A DNA stretch of 64,000 nt from Eledone cirrhosa (lineage: Eukaryota), in contig OZ024741.1 of assembly GCA_964016885.1 (NCBI GenBank), positions 265,050,001 to 265,114,000 on the forward strand, in the 5' to 3' direction. How positions within the stretch are numbered: the stretch's first letter is position 1; every line of letters begins with the position of its first letter. This document shows positions 41,791 to 56,100 of the stretch, piece by piece. The translations under genes were made by a program, and so were the position numbers. The notes under the pieces were generated by a model. That model searched no databases and was not told where the DNA came from. It was given only the letters and a program-made list of their open reading frames with translations.

Positions 41791-42105
41791 GCTATCGTGT
41801 GTGTGTGTGTGTGTATAGATATGTTTATGTGTGTGCGTGTATGTGTATATATATATGTATATGTATATTATTATTGCTGTTGTCGTTATTGCACTGGGTA
41901 ATTGCTGGCCTTGTGCCTAAAGTAGAAACAGTTATTATTATTATTATTATTATTGTTATTAATGTATATGTGTGTATGTATGTGTGTGTGTGTGTATATA
42001 TATATATTTCTTTTTTTTATTTTATTTTATTTTTTATTTATTTATTATTATTATTTTTTCTCCTTGTGTAATGGCCATACTCGATAACGAGGGAGCAGCC
42101 ATCAT

Positions 42106-42187
<82 letters not shown>

Positions 42188-42505
42188 ATACATGTATACA
42201 TACATACAGACAATAATTTTTTTTATTATTATTACTGTCGTTATTGTTATTATTATGTTTTTTTTTTCGTGCAATGGCCATACTCGATAACGAGGGGGTA
42301 GCCATCATGTATGTATATATGTATGTATGTGCATGCATGCATTATGTATGTATGTATGTATGTATGTATGTATGTATGTATGTATGTATGTATGTATGTA
42401 TGTATGTATGTATGTATGTATGTGCATGCATGTATGTATGTATGTAAGCATGCATGTATGTATATATATATGTATGTATGTATGTATGTATGCATGTATG
42501 TATGT

Positions 42506-43087
42506 CAGGTCACCAGTTGGTGCTACTGGTAACATGTATCCCAGTACAACCTGTCTCATGGTCGGGTCGTTGGCGACTAAACTGGCAACCCCACCAAGGT
42601 TTCTTGGTGAGGAGGGTGACTTTGGACATCCTGCAGGACTAAAAACAAAACCTGTCAAAGGGCAAAGGAGCTCTTAAGAGTCAATGGCCATCCAAAATCA
42701 CCGGGGAGAGATGACCCCTTAGTCTTTGTCAAGGCAGAATTCTAGGAGAAGGAAAACTCTGATATAGATGTTGACTTGTTCTTCTTTTTGGTAAATATCA
42801 TCTTGGTTAAGAGAGTGGGACTGGCTTTGTGCAGTGCCTTTGCTCACTATAAAAGCTTCACGGCACAGGCATTACTTTATATTTGGAGATCTCTCTGCAC
42901 TTGTCGTCACATGGTATCATGGGCCCAGCAGTATGTGTCAATAATTGTCACAAGTGTAGTGTTTGTACCAGAGTTTTCAAGTCGCTGGCTGGACTAAAAA
43001 GTCACACTCGTTCAGCGCATCGCTAGGGGTTCTCCTACATGGATATAAAGTAGTGGCCGTACTCGAAAACGAGTTGGCAGCCACCAT
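42506..43087 (+). mobile_element. RTE-derived retroposon, copy 2
   Basis: Near-identical to copy 1, with a small internal deletion. Confidence 0.8.
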
Positions 43088-43099
43088 GTATGTATGTAT

Positions 43100-43697
43100 G
43101 TTGGTGCTACTGGTAACATGTATCCCAGTACAACCTGTCTCATGGTCGGGTCGATGGCGACTAAACTGGCAACCCCACCAAGGTTTCTTGGTGAGGAGGG
43201 TGACTTTGGACATCCTGCAGGACTAAAAACAAAACCTGTCAAAGGGCAAAGGAGCTCTTAAGAGTCAATGGCCATCCAAAATCACCGGGAGAGATGACCC
43301 CTTAGCCTTTGTCAAGGCAGAATTCTAGGAGAAGGAAAACTCTGATATAGCACCTGCAACCCTGATGATATCCAATGATGTTGACTTGTTCTTCTTTTTG
43401 GTAAATATCATCTTGGTTAAGAGAGTGGGACTGGCTTTGTGCAGTGCCTTTGCTCACTATAAAAGCTTCACGGCACAGGCATTGCTTTATATCTGGAGAT
43501 CTCTCTGCACTTGTCGTCACATGGTACCAAGGGCCCAGCACTATGTGTCAATAATTGTCACAAGTGTCGTGTTTGTACCAGAGTTTTCAAGTCGCTGGCT
43601 GGACTAAAAAGTGACACTTGTTCAGCGCATCGGTAGGGGTTCTCCTACATGGATATAAAGTAGTGGCCGTACTCGAAAACGAGTTGGTAGCCACCAT
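43100..43697 (+). mobile_element. RTE-derived retroposon, copy 3
   Basis: Directly follows the TATG tail of copy 2. Confidence 0.8.
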
Positions 43698-43859
43698 GTA
43701 TATATGTATGTATGTATGTGTAAGGGGGAGAAACAGGTACAGAAATATCTAGAGACACACACAAACACACACAGAAACACACACATACACAAACATACAC
43801 ACATACATATGAATGTCAGTTTATTTATACATGTCTGCTGCATTGTTTCTCTGTATTGA

Positions 43860-44180
43860 TTCTTCTTCTTCTTCTTCTTCTTCTTCTTCTTCTTCTTCTT
43901 CTTCTTCTTTTTCTTTTTCTTCCTCTTCTTCTTCTTCTTATTCCTGAGAGGATTGTGGGGGTAGAGTCCTCAAATACTCCTTCCAGCAGGTCCTGTCAGA
44001 AGCAACTGTCTTCAACTGATCAGGCTGAAACCCCAAGTGAGACCAGCCAAGCTCATGGATGTTATCCAACCATCTTGTTCGGGAGGTGTACCCCTGGGTC
44101 TCCTACCTGTTGGTTTCGCCCGTCAAATCTGACCAGCGATTCTTTCCTAAGACAATCTAGCCACATGCCCATAGTATAGT
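43860..44180 (-). mobile_element. 3' end of another RTE LINE with (AAG)n tail
   Basis: YYGHVARL...GRRPRG...RTRWLDNI...DRTCWKEYLRTLPPQ followed by (aag)n. Confidence 0.8.
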
Positions 44181-44364
44181 GTTGACGATTACCTAACTTT
44201 TTATAATTGTATATATGTCCCCCTTGCTTCTGCTGGACAACACCAGAGGGCGTTTGCTCCCCCCGGTATTCGCATAGCTACGGCTTCCTAAATTTCGTAT
44301 TTCTTTCGAAATACGAAATTTCTATACATATTGTATAAAGCTATGCTTGAAGCGAAATCCTATT

Positions 44365-44450
<86 letters not shown>

Positions 44451-44520
44451 TTAAACATACAAACATAGACACCCTAAGGTGTGTATTTACAAACACACAC
44501 ACACACACACACACATACAC

Positions 44521-44621
<101 letters not shown>

Positions 44622-44696
44622 CACACATGCGCACGCACACAACACACACACACATTAGCAAACATAAAAATCAGACTAGTTCTTCCCCATCTTATA

Positions 44697-44962
44697 CACT
44701 GAAAAGTTCATAGGCTGACCATGAAGGAGTGATGCTGGAGCTGTGAAGGCTTACATGCATGAGGGTATCTTGGTCAACCTATGAAAGAGTGATTCTAGAG
44801 CTGTGAAATCTTGTATGCATAAATTTCAACTCTTCATATTAATAACTGCATTGTTTCTTTCCAGGGACTATGTGGAAAAATAAACCTCATTTAGTCATTC
44901 CATGAGAGTATCTTGGTCAGCTTATGAACTTTTCAGCCTATGAACCTTTCAGCCGATCCTTG
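44697..44962. mobile_element. Mariner-like MITE
   Basis: Inverted ends ctgaaaagttcataggctgacca / tggtcagcttatgaacttttcag. Confidence 0.65.
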
Positions 44963-45238
44963 TTTTAAGAGTTCTCTCCCCTTCTCTTTTTAACATAAAA
45001 TTGTCATTAACGTTAAGATAATTTCTGTGTTCTTTTTTCTCAATACGGTTATAATTTCAATTGATTAAATATTATGTTCAGCTGACAGCGTTTAGTAAGC
45101 TGCACTTTTAGCTGTAGATAAATATAGAGATATATATTTACATACACTAGTAATGTTGCAATTGCTAGACTTCAACAACAACACCGCCACCATCACCATC
45201 AACATCACCACCATCATCTTCATCATGATCATCATCAC

Positions 45239-45298
<60 letters not shown>

Positions 45299-46140
45299 CG
45301 TCGTTGTCAACAACACCGAAAACAACCAGCAACCACATTTTTTTATCAACGTCAAGCACAATATCAATGACATCATCATCATCATCATCATCACTATAAT
45401 TAATATCATCATATCATCATCATCATCATCATCATCATAGCCATCATCCATCACCAACACTGACAACAACATTGCTTAACATGAGCCAATTAGAGATCCT
45501 CAACACACACTCAATCAACCTGCTAGAAACAACAGCCAAATCTTACTGAAATCATATCTTAATGTATGTTTAAAACATGTTGGACATATTGAATAATGTA
45601 GTCTTAGATACACTATGTCTGAAACGAAAGATGGAATGGTCGCTGGTGGTATGCTTTTGATCATAGTTCTGTTTAATGGTGACTGACCTAGGGTTAAACG
45701 AAACCAGTCCAAACAAGACACTGATATCTAGCACTACAGCAATGCTAGCTAACAAGAGAGTTGAGAGTGATGCTGTAGTCGCTAGACCTGCTAAAAATAG
45801 CAGCCAGATTCCCTCAAATTATACTATGTCTCTCTGTAATAAGAAAAAAAACACACACATTGGCAAAAGTAGTCCTATATAACATTAAAAGAGACGGGCG
45901 TGTAGGTGGTTACGGCTGGAATGCCTTCAATTATAGGTCTGCTCAACCAAGACAAACCTAGGGCTATACAACAACAACAACAACAACAACTATTAGACAA
46001 ACCAACAAGGGTGCCCTTCATGTGGTCACTCGACCTGCTAGTAACAGTAGCGATATATGGGATAAATACGTTCCTACTTACTCTATATCTGAAAAAAAAA
46101 CACACGATGGGATGGTTACGGCTGGAATGCCTTTGATCAT

Positions 46141-47583
46141 AGGTTTGCATAGGACTACAGAACGGTAAGCTCTGCTAGAAATAGCAGCTAAATAATGTTA
46201 TAGTGGGACTACATTCAATAATGTAGCCCTAGGTTTGCATGGGACTACAGAACGGTAAGCTCTGCTAGAAATAGCAGCTAAATAATGTTATAGTGGGACT
46301 ACATTCAATAATGTAGCCCTAGGTTTGCATGGGACTACAGAACGGTAAGCTCTGCTAGAAATAGCAGCTAAATAATGTTATAGTGGGACTACATTCAATA
46401 ATGTAGCCCTAGGTTTGCATGGGACTACAGAACGGTAAGCTCTGCTAGAAATAGCAGCTAAATAATGTTATAGTGGGACTACATTCAATAATGTAGCCCT
46501 AGGTTTGCATGGGACTACAGAACGGTAAGCTCTGCTAGAAATAGCAGCTAAATAATGTTATAGTGGGACTACATTCAATAATGTAGCCCTAGGTTTGCAT
46601 GGGACTACAGAACGGTAAGCTCTGCTAGAAATAGCAGCTAAATAATGTTATAGTGGGACTACATTCAATAATGTAGCCCTAGGTTTGCATGGGACTACAG
46701 AACGGTAAGCTCTGCTAGAAATAGCAGCTAAATAATGTTATAGTGGGACTACATTCAATAATGTAGCCCTAGGTTGGCATGGGACTACAGAACAGTAAGC
46801 TCTGCTAGAAATAGCAGCTAAATAATGTTATAGTGGGACTACATTCAATAATGTAGCCCTAGGTTGGCATGGGACTACAGAACAGTAAGCTCTGCTAGAA
46901 ATAGCAGCTAAATAATGTTATAGTGGGACTACATTTAATAATGTAACCCTAGGTTTGCATGGGACTACAGAACGGTAAGCTCTGCTAGAAATAGCAGCTA
47001 AATAATGTTATAGTGGGACTACATTCAATAATGTAGCCCTAGGTTTGCATGGGACTACAGAACGGTAAGCTCTGCTAGAAATAGCAGCTAAATAATGTTA
47101 TAGTGGGACTACATTCAATAATGTAGCCCTAGGTTGGCATGGGACTACAGAACAGTAAGCTCTGCTAGAAATAGCAGCTAAATAATGTTATAGTGGGACT
47201 ACATTCAATAATGTAGCCCTAGGTTGGCATGGGACTACAGAACAGTAAGCTCTGCTAGAAATAGCAGCTAAATAATGTTATAGTGGGACTACATTCAATA
47301 ATGTAGCCCTAGGTTGGCATGGGACTACAGAACAGTAAGCTCTGCTAGAAATAGCAGCTAAATAATGTTATAGTGGGACTACATTCAATAATGTAGCCCT
47401 AGGTTGGCATGGGACTAAAGGACAGTAAGCTCTGCTAGAAATAGCAGCTAAATAACGTTATAGTGGGACTACATTCAATAATGTAGCCCTAGGTTTGCAT
47501 GGTACTAAAGGACAGTAAGCTCTGCTAGAAATAGCAGCTAAATAACGTTATAGTGAGACTACATTTAATAATGTAGCCCTAGG
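46141..47583. repeat. 90-bp tandem array, 16 copies
   Basis: aggtttgcatgggactacagaacggtaagctctgctagaaatagcagctaaataatgttatagtgggactacattcaataatgtagccct, with an exact 90-bp period. Confidence 0.98.
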
Positions 47584-47659
47584 CATAGAGGATGAGATGT
47601 CTACAGTAAGAACTAGTTTGTAGATCTAATGGATGAAGGTTGGCGTAGAGAATCATGCT

Positions 47660-47674
47660 GTAATAATAACAATG

Positions 47675-47741
<67 letters not shown>

Positions 47742-49016
47742 CTACAACAACAATAACAGAATCTGTTACAACAACAACAACTACAACAACAATAACTACA
47801 GCAGCAACAACATCAACAATAACAACAACTTCAAGAGTAGTTACATCGATAACATCCCTACCAACAACAACATCTCTACCAACAACGACAACAACATCTC
47901 TACCAACAACGACAACAACATCTCTAGCAACAACGACAACAACATCTCTACCAACAACAACAACAACAACATCTCTACCAACGACAACATCTCTACCAAC
48001 AACAACAACAACAACATCTCTACCAACAACAACAACAACAACAACATCTCTACCAACGACAACAACATCTCTACCAACAACAACAACAACATCTCTACCA
48101 ACAACGACAACAACATCTCTACCAACAACAACAACAACAACAACATCTCTACCAACAACAACAACAACATCTCTACCAACAACAACAACAACATCTCTAC
48201 CAACAACAACAACAACAACATCTCTACCAACAACGACAACAACATCTCTACCAACAACAACAACAACAACATCTCTACCAACAACGACAACAACATCTCT
48301 ACCAACAACGACAACAACATCTCTACCAACAACAACAACAACATCTCTACCAACAACAACAACAACATCTCTACCAACAACGACAACAACATCTCTACCA
48401 ACAACAACAACAACATCTCTACCAACAACAACAACAACATCTCTACCAACAACAACAACAACATCTCTACCAACAACAACAACAACAACATCTCTACCAA
48501 CAACAACAACAACATCTCTACCAACAACAACATATCTACCAACAACAACAACAACATCTCTACCAACAACAACATATCTACCAACAACAACAACAACATC
48601 TCTACCAACAACAACAACAACAACATCTCTACCAACAACAACATATAACAACTTCAGGGGCAGCAACCTGAATAACGTTCCTATCAACAACAACAACAGC
48701 AACCATACCAACAACAACAACCCTACCAGCAGCAACAATAACAACAACAACAACAGCAACCATACCAGCAGCAACAACAACAACAACAGCAACCCTACCA
48801 AAAACAACAACAACCCTACCAGCAACAACAACAACCATACCAACAACAACAACAGCAACCATACCAGCAGCAGCAGCAACAACAACAACCATACCAACAA
48901 CAACAACAGCAACCATACCAGCAGCAGCAGCAACAACAACAACCATACCAACAACCATACCAACAACAACAACAACCATACCAACAACAACAACAACCCT
49001 ACCAACAACAACAACC
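47660..49016. repeat. (AAC)n-derived array punctuated by atctctacc
   Basis: Direct reading. It produces the Thr-rich and Asn-rich ORFs. Confidence 0.95.
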
Positions 49017-49391
49017 TAGATCAACATCGTCGAAGTGAAATGAAGACGTTTAGCTAAGTGGTAAAACAGGTGTCTGTTGATATGATGGAGTTTATAGAGA
49101 GAGGGGCAGAGTGAGGGGCAGAGGGAGAGAGAGGGAGTGAGAGAGGGAGAGGAAGTCAGTGAGAGAAAGAGAGACAGGCAGATAGATAGAGAAAGAGAAA
49201 GGGATGGATTCAGAGAGAGTGAGAGAGAAAGAGAGAGAGATAGACGAATTCAGAGAGTGAGAGAGAGTGAAAGAAAGTGAGAGAGAGAGAGAGAGAGAGA
49301 CGGAAGATAGACAGAGAAAATGAGGAGAAGAAAATGAGAAAGGGAGAAAGAAGTACAAACAGATAGAGCCATAGAAAGGAGTCAGGGAAAG

Positions 49392-49457
<66 letters not shown>

Positions 49458-49659
49458 GAGAAAAAGAATAGTGAGAGAGAGGTGTGAGAGTAAGAGAGGT
49501 AGAGTGAAAGAGAAAGACAGAGAGAGAAAGAGAAGAAGAGAGAGAAAAAGAAAGAAAGTGGAGTCTGATTGACAGTGGAATTCATGACACACCAGCCTGC
49601 AATTCAGGAATGTGGTGCAGCAAACTGCACATCAGATACAACAACATCAACATTATCAC

Positions 49660-50030
49660 TACCAGCACCACTAGCACTACCACTACCAACACTACCATCA
49701 CAACTACTTACAGCCTACCAGCACCACTAGCACTACCACTACCAACACTACCATCACAACTACTTACAGCCTACCAGCACCACTAGCACTACCACTACCA
49801 ACACTACCATCACAACTACTTACAGCCTACCAGCACCACTAGCACTACCACTACCAACACTACCATCACAACTACTTACAGCCTACCAGCACCACTAGCA
49901 CTACCACTACCAACACTACCATCACAACTACTTACAGCCTACCAGCACCACTAGCACTACCACTACCAACACTACCATCACAACTACTTACAGCCTACCA
50001 GCACCACTAGCACTACCACTACCAACACAA
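49660..50030. repeat. 56-bp tandem repeat, about 6 copies
   Basis: ctaccagcaccactagcactaccactaccaacactaccatcacaactacttacagc. Confidence 0.95.
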
Positions 50031-50189
50031 CCACTACCAACACTACCAACACAACCACTACCAAAACTACCAGCACAACTACTACCAGCATCACCAACAC
50101 AACCACTACCAACACTACCATCACAACTACTAACAGAACCACCAACACAACCACTACGATCACAACTACTTACACGCTACCATCACAAC

Positions 50190-53100
50190 CACAACCACTA
50201 CCAGCACTACCATTTACACCGACCACCACCACCACAACCACTACCAACATAACCACTACCAGCACTACCATTTACACCGACCACCACCACCACAACCACT
50301 ACCAACATAACCACTACCAACACTACCATTTACACCAACCACCACCACCACAACCACTACCAACATAACCACTACCAGCACTACCATTTACACCAACCAC
50401 CACCACCACAACCACTACCAACATAACCACTACCAGCACTACCATTTACACCAACCACCACCACCACAACCACTACCAACATAACCACTACCAGCACTAC
50501 CATTTACACCAACCACCACCACTACAACCACTACCAACATAACTACTACCAGCACTACCATTTACACCAACCACCACCACCACAACCACTACCAACATAA
50601 CCACTACCAGCACTACCATTTACACCAACCACCACCACCACAACCACTACCAACACAACCACTACCAACACTACCATTTACACCAACCACAACCACTACC
50701 AACATAACCACTACCAGCACTACCATTTACACCAACCACCACCACTACAACCACTACCATCACAACCACTACCAGCACTACCATTTACACCAACCACCAC
50801 CACCACAACCACTACCAACATAACCACTATCAGCACTACCATTTACACCAACCACCACCACTACAACCACTACCATCACAACCACTACCAGCACTACCAT
50901 TTACACCAACCACCACCACCACAACCACTACCAACATAACCACTATCAGCACTACCATTTACACCAACCACCACCACTACAACCACTACCAACATAACCA
51001 CTACCAGCACTACCATTTACACCGACCACCACCACCACAACCACTACCAGCACTACCATTTACACCAACCACCACCACTACAACCACTACCATCACAACC
51101 ACTACCAGCACTACCATTTACACCAACCACCACCACTACAACCACTACCATCACAACCACTACCAGCACTACCATTTACACCAACCACCACCACTACAAC
51201 CACTACCAACATAACCACTACCAGCACTACCATTTACACCGACCACCACCACCACAACCACTACCAGCACTACCATTTACACCAACCACCACCACTACAA
51301 CCACTACCATCACAACCACTACCAGCACTACCATTTACACCAACCACCACCACTACAACCACTACCAACATAACCACTACCAGCACTACCATTTACACCG
51401 ACCACCACCACCACAACCACTACCAGCACTACCATTTACACCAACCACCACCACTACAACCACTACCATCACAACCACTACCAGCACTACCATTTACACC
51501 AACCACGACCACTACAACCACTACCAACATAACCACTACCAGCACTACCATTTACACCGACCACCACCACCACAACCACTACCAGCACTACCATTTACAC
51601 CAACCACCACCACTACAACCACTACCATCACAACCACTACCAGCACTACCATTTACACCAACCACCACCACTACAACCACTACCATCACAACCACTACCA
51701 GCACTACCATTTACACCAACCACCACCACCACAACCACTACCAACATAACCACTACCAGCACTACCATTTACACCAACCACCACCACCACAACCACTACC
51801 AACATAACCACTACCAGCACTACCATTTACACCGACCACCACCACCACAACCACTACCAGCACTACCATTTACACCAACCACCACCACTACAACCACTAC
51901 CATCACAACCACTACCAGCACTACCAGTTACACCAACCACCACCACTACAACCACTACCATCACAACCACTACCAGCACTACCATTTACACCAACCACCA
52001 CCACTACAACCACTACCATCACAACCACTACCAGCACTACCATTTACACCAACCACCACCACCACAACCACTACCAACATAACCACTACCAGCACTATCA
52101 TTTACACCGACCACCACCACCACAACCACTACCAGCACTACCATTTACACCAACCACCACCACTACAACCACTACCATCACAACCACTACCAGCACTACC
52201 ATTTACACCAACCACCACCACTACAACCACTACCATCACAACCACAACCAGCACTACCATTTACACCGACCACCACCACCACAACCACTACCAGCACTAC
52301 CATTTACACCAACCACCACCACCACAACCACTACCAACATAACCACTACCAGCACTACCATTTACACCGACCACCGCCACCACAACCACTACCAGCACTA
52401 CCATTTACACCAACCACCACCACCACAACCACTACCAACATAACCACTACCAGCACTACCATTTACACCAACCACCACCACCACAACCACTACCAACATA
52501 ACCACTACCAGCACTACCATTTACACCGACCACCACCACCACAACCACTACCAACATAACCACTACCAGCACTACCATTTACACCAACCACCATCACCAC
52601 AACCACTACCAACATAACCACTACCAGCACTACCATTTACACCAACCACCACCACCACAACCACTACCAACATAACCACTACCAGCACTACCATTTACAC
52701 CAACCACCACCACCACAACCACTACCAACATAACCACTACCAGCACTACCATTTACACCAACCACCACCACCACTACCACTACCACCATAACCACTACCA
52801 GCACTACCATTTACACCAACCACCACCACCACAACCACTACCAACATAACCACTACCAGCACTACCATTTACACCAACCACCACCACCACAACCACTACC
52901 AACATAACCACTACCAGCACTACCATTTACACCAACCACCACCATCACAACCACTACCATCACAACCACTACCAGCACTACCATTTACACCGACCACCAC
53001 CACCACAACCACTACCAGCACTACCATTTACACCAACCACCACCACCACAACCACTACCAACATAACCACTACCAGCACTACCATTTACACCAACCACCA

Positions 53101-56100
53101 CCACCACAACCACTACCAACATAACCACTACCAGCACTACCATTTACACCGACCACCACCACCACAACCACTACCAGCACTACCATTTACACCAACCACC
53201 ACCACCACAACCACTACCAACATAACCACTACCAGCACTACCATTTACACCAACCACCACCACAACCACTACCAACATAACCACTACCAGCACTACCATT
53301 TACACCAACCACCACCACCACAACCACTACCACCATAACCACTACCAGCACAACCATTTACACCAACCACCACCACCACAACCACTACCAACATAACCAC
53401 TACCAGCACTACCATTTACACCAACCACCACCATCACAACCACTACCATCACAACCACTACCAGCACTACCATTTACACCGACCACCACCACCACAACCA
53501 CTACCAGCACTACCATTTACACCAACCACCACCACCACAACCACTACCAACATAACCACTACCAGCACTACCATTTACACCGACCACCACCACCACAACC
53601 ACTACCAGCACTACCATTTATACCAACCACAACCACTACAACCACTACCATCACAACCACTACCAGCACTACCATTTACACCAACCACAACCACTACAAC
53701 CACTACCATCACAACCTCTACCAGCACTACCATTTACACCAACCACCACCACCACAACCACTACCAACATAACCACTACCAGCACTACCATTTACACCAA
53801 CCACCACCACCAAAACCACTACCACCACAACCACTACCAGCACTACCATTTACACCAACCACCACCACCACAACCACTACCAACATAACCACTACCAGCA
53901 CTACCATTTACACCGACCACCGCCACCACAACCACTACCAGCACTACCATTTACACCAACCACCACCACCACAACCACTACCAACATAACCACTACCAGC
54001 ACTACCATTTACACCAACCACCACCACCACAACCACTACCAACATAACCACTACCAGCACTACCATTTACACCGACCACCACCACCACAACCACTACCAA
54101 CATAACCACTACCAGCACTACCATTTACACCAACCACCATCACCACAACCACTACCAACATAACCACTACCAGCACTACCATTTACACCAACCACCACCA
54201 CCACAACCACTACCAACATAACCACTACCAGCACTACCATTTACACCAACCACCACCACCACAACCACTACCAACATAACCACTACCAGCACTACCATTT
54301 ACACCAACCACCACCACCACTACCACTACCACCATAACCACTACCAGCACTACCATTTACACCAACCACCACCACCACAACCACTACCAACATAACCACT
54401 ACCAGCACTACCATTTACACCAACCACCACCACCACAACCACTACCAACATAACCACTACCAGCACTACCATTTACACCAACCACCACCATCACAACCAC
54501 TACCATCACAACCACTACCAGCACTACCATTTACACCGACCACCACCACCACAACCACTACCAGCACTACCATTTACACCAACCACCACCACCACAACCA
54601 CTACCAACATAACCACTACCAGCACTACCATTTACACCAACCACCACCACCACAACCACTACCAACATAACCACTACCAGCACTACCATTTACACCGACC
54701 ACCACCACCACAACCACTACCAGCACTACCATTTACACCAACCACCACCACCACAACCACTACCAACATAACCACTACCAGCACTACCATTTACACCAAC
54801 CACCACCACAACCACTACCAACATAACCACTACCAGCACTACCATTTACACCAACCACCACCACCACAACCACTACCACCATAACCACTACCAGCACAAC
54901 CATTTACACCAACCACCACCACCACAACCACTACCAACATAACCACTACCAGCACTACCATTTACACCAACCACCACCATCACAACCACTACCATCACAA
55001 CCACTACCAGCACTACCATTTACACCGACCACCACCACCACAACCACTACCAGCACTACCATTTACACCAACCACCACCACCACAACCACTACCAACATA
55101 ACCACTACCAGCACTACCATTTACACCGACCACCACCACCACAACCACTACCAGCACTACCATTTATACCAACCACAACCACTACAACCACTACCATCAC
55201 AACCACTACCAGCACTACCATTTACACCAACCACAACCACTACAACCACTACCATCACAACCTCTACCAGCACTACCATTTACACCAACCACCACCACCA
55301 CAACCACTACCAACATAACCACTACCAGCACTACCATTTACACCAACCACCACCACCAAAACCACTACCAACATAACCACTACCAGCACTACCATTTACA
55401 CCAACCACCACCACTACAACCACTACCAACATAACCACTACCAGCACTACCATTTACACCAACCACCACCACCACAACCACTACCAACATAACCACTACC
55501 AGCACTACCATTTACACCAACCACCACCACCACAACCACTACCAACATAACTACTACCAGCACTACCATTTACACCAACCACAACCACCTCAACCACTAC
55601 CATCACAACCACTACCAGCACTACCATTTACACCAACCACCACCACAACCACTACCAGCACTACCATTTACACCAACCACCACCACAACCACTACCAGCA
55701 CTACCATTTACACCAACCACCACCACCACAACCACTACAACCACTACCAACATAACCACTACCAGCACTACCATTTACCACAACCACCACAACCACTACC
55801 AACATAACCACTACCAGCACTACCATTTACACCGACCACCACCACCACAACCACTACCGACATAACCACTACCAGCACTACCATTTACACCAACCACCAC
55901 CACCACAACCACTACCAACATAACCACTACCAGCACTACCATTTACACCAACCACCACCACTACAACCACTACCAACATAACCACTACCAGCACTACCAT
56001 TTACACCAACCACCACCACCACAACCACTACCAACATAATCACTATCAGCACTACCATTTACACCAACCACCACCACAACCACTACCAGCACTACCATTT

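Noticed and set aside
47629-49057. Mucin-like Thr-rich ORF of 474 aa
   Set aside because: The (AAC)n-derived array is open in several frames on both strands, so openness is uninformative. It cannot be fully excluded without RNA data.
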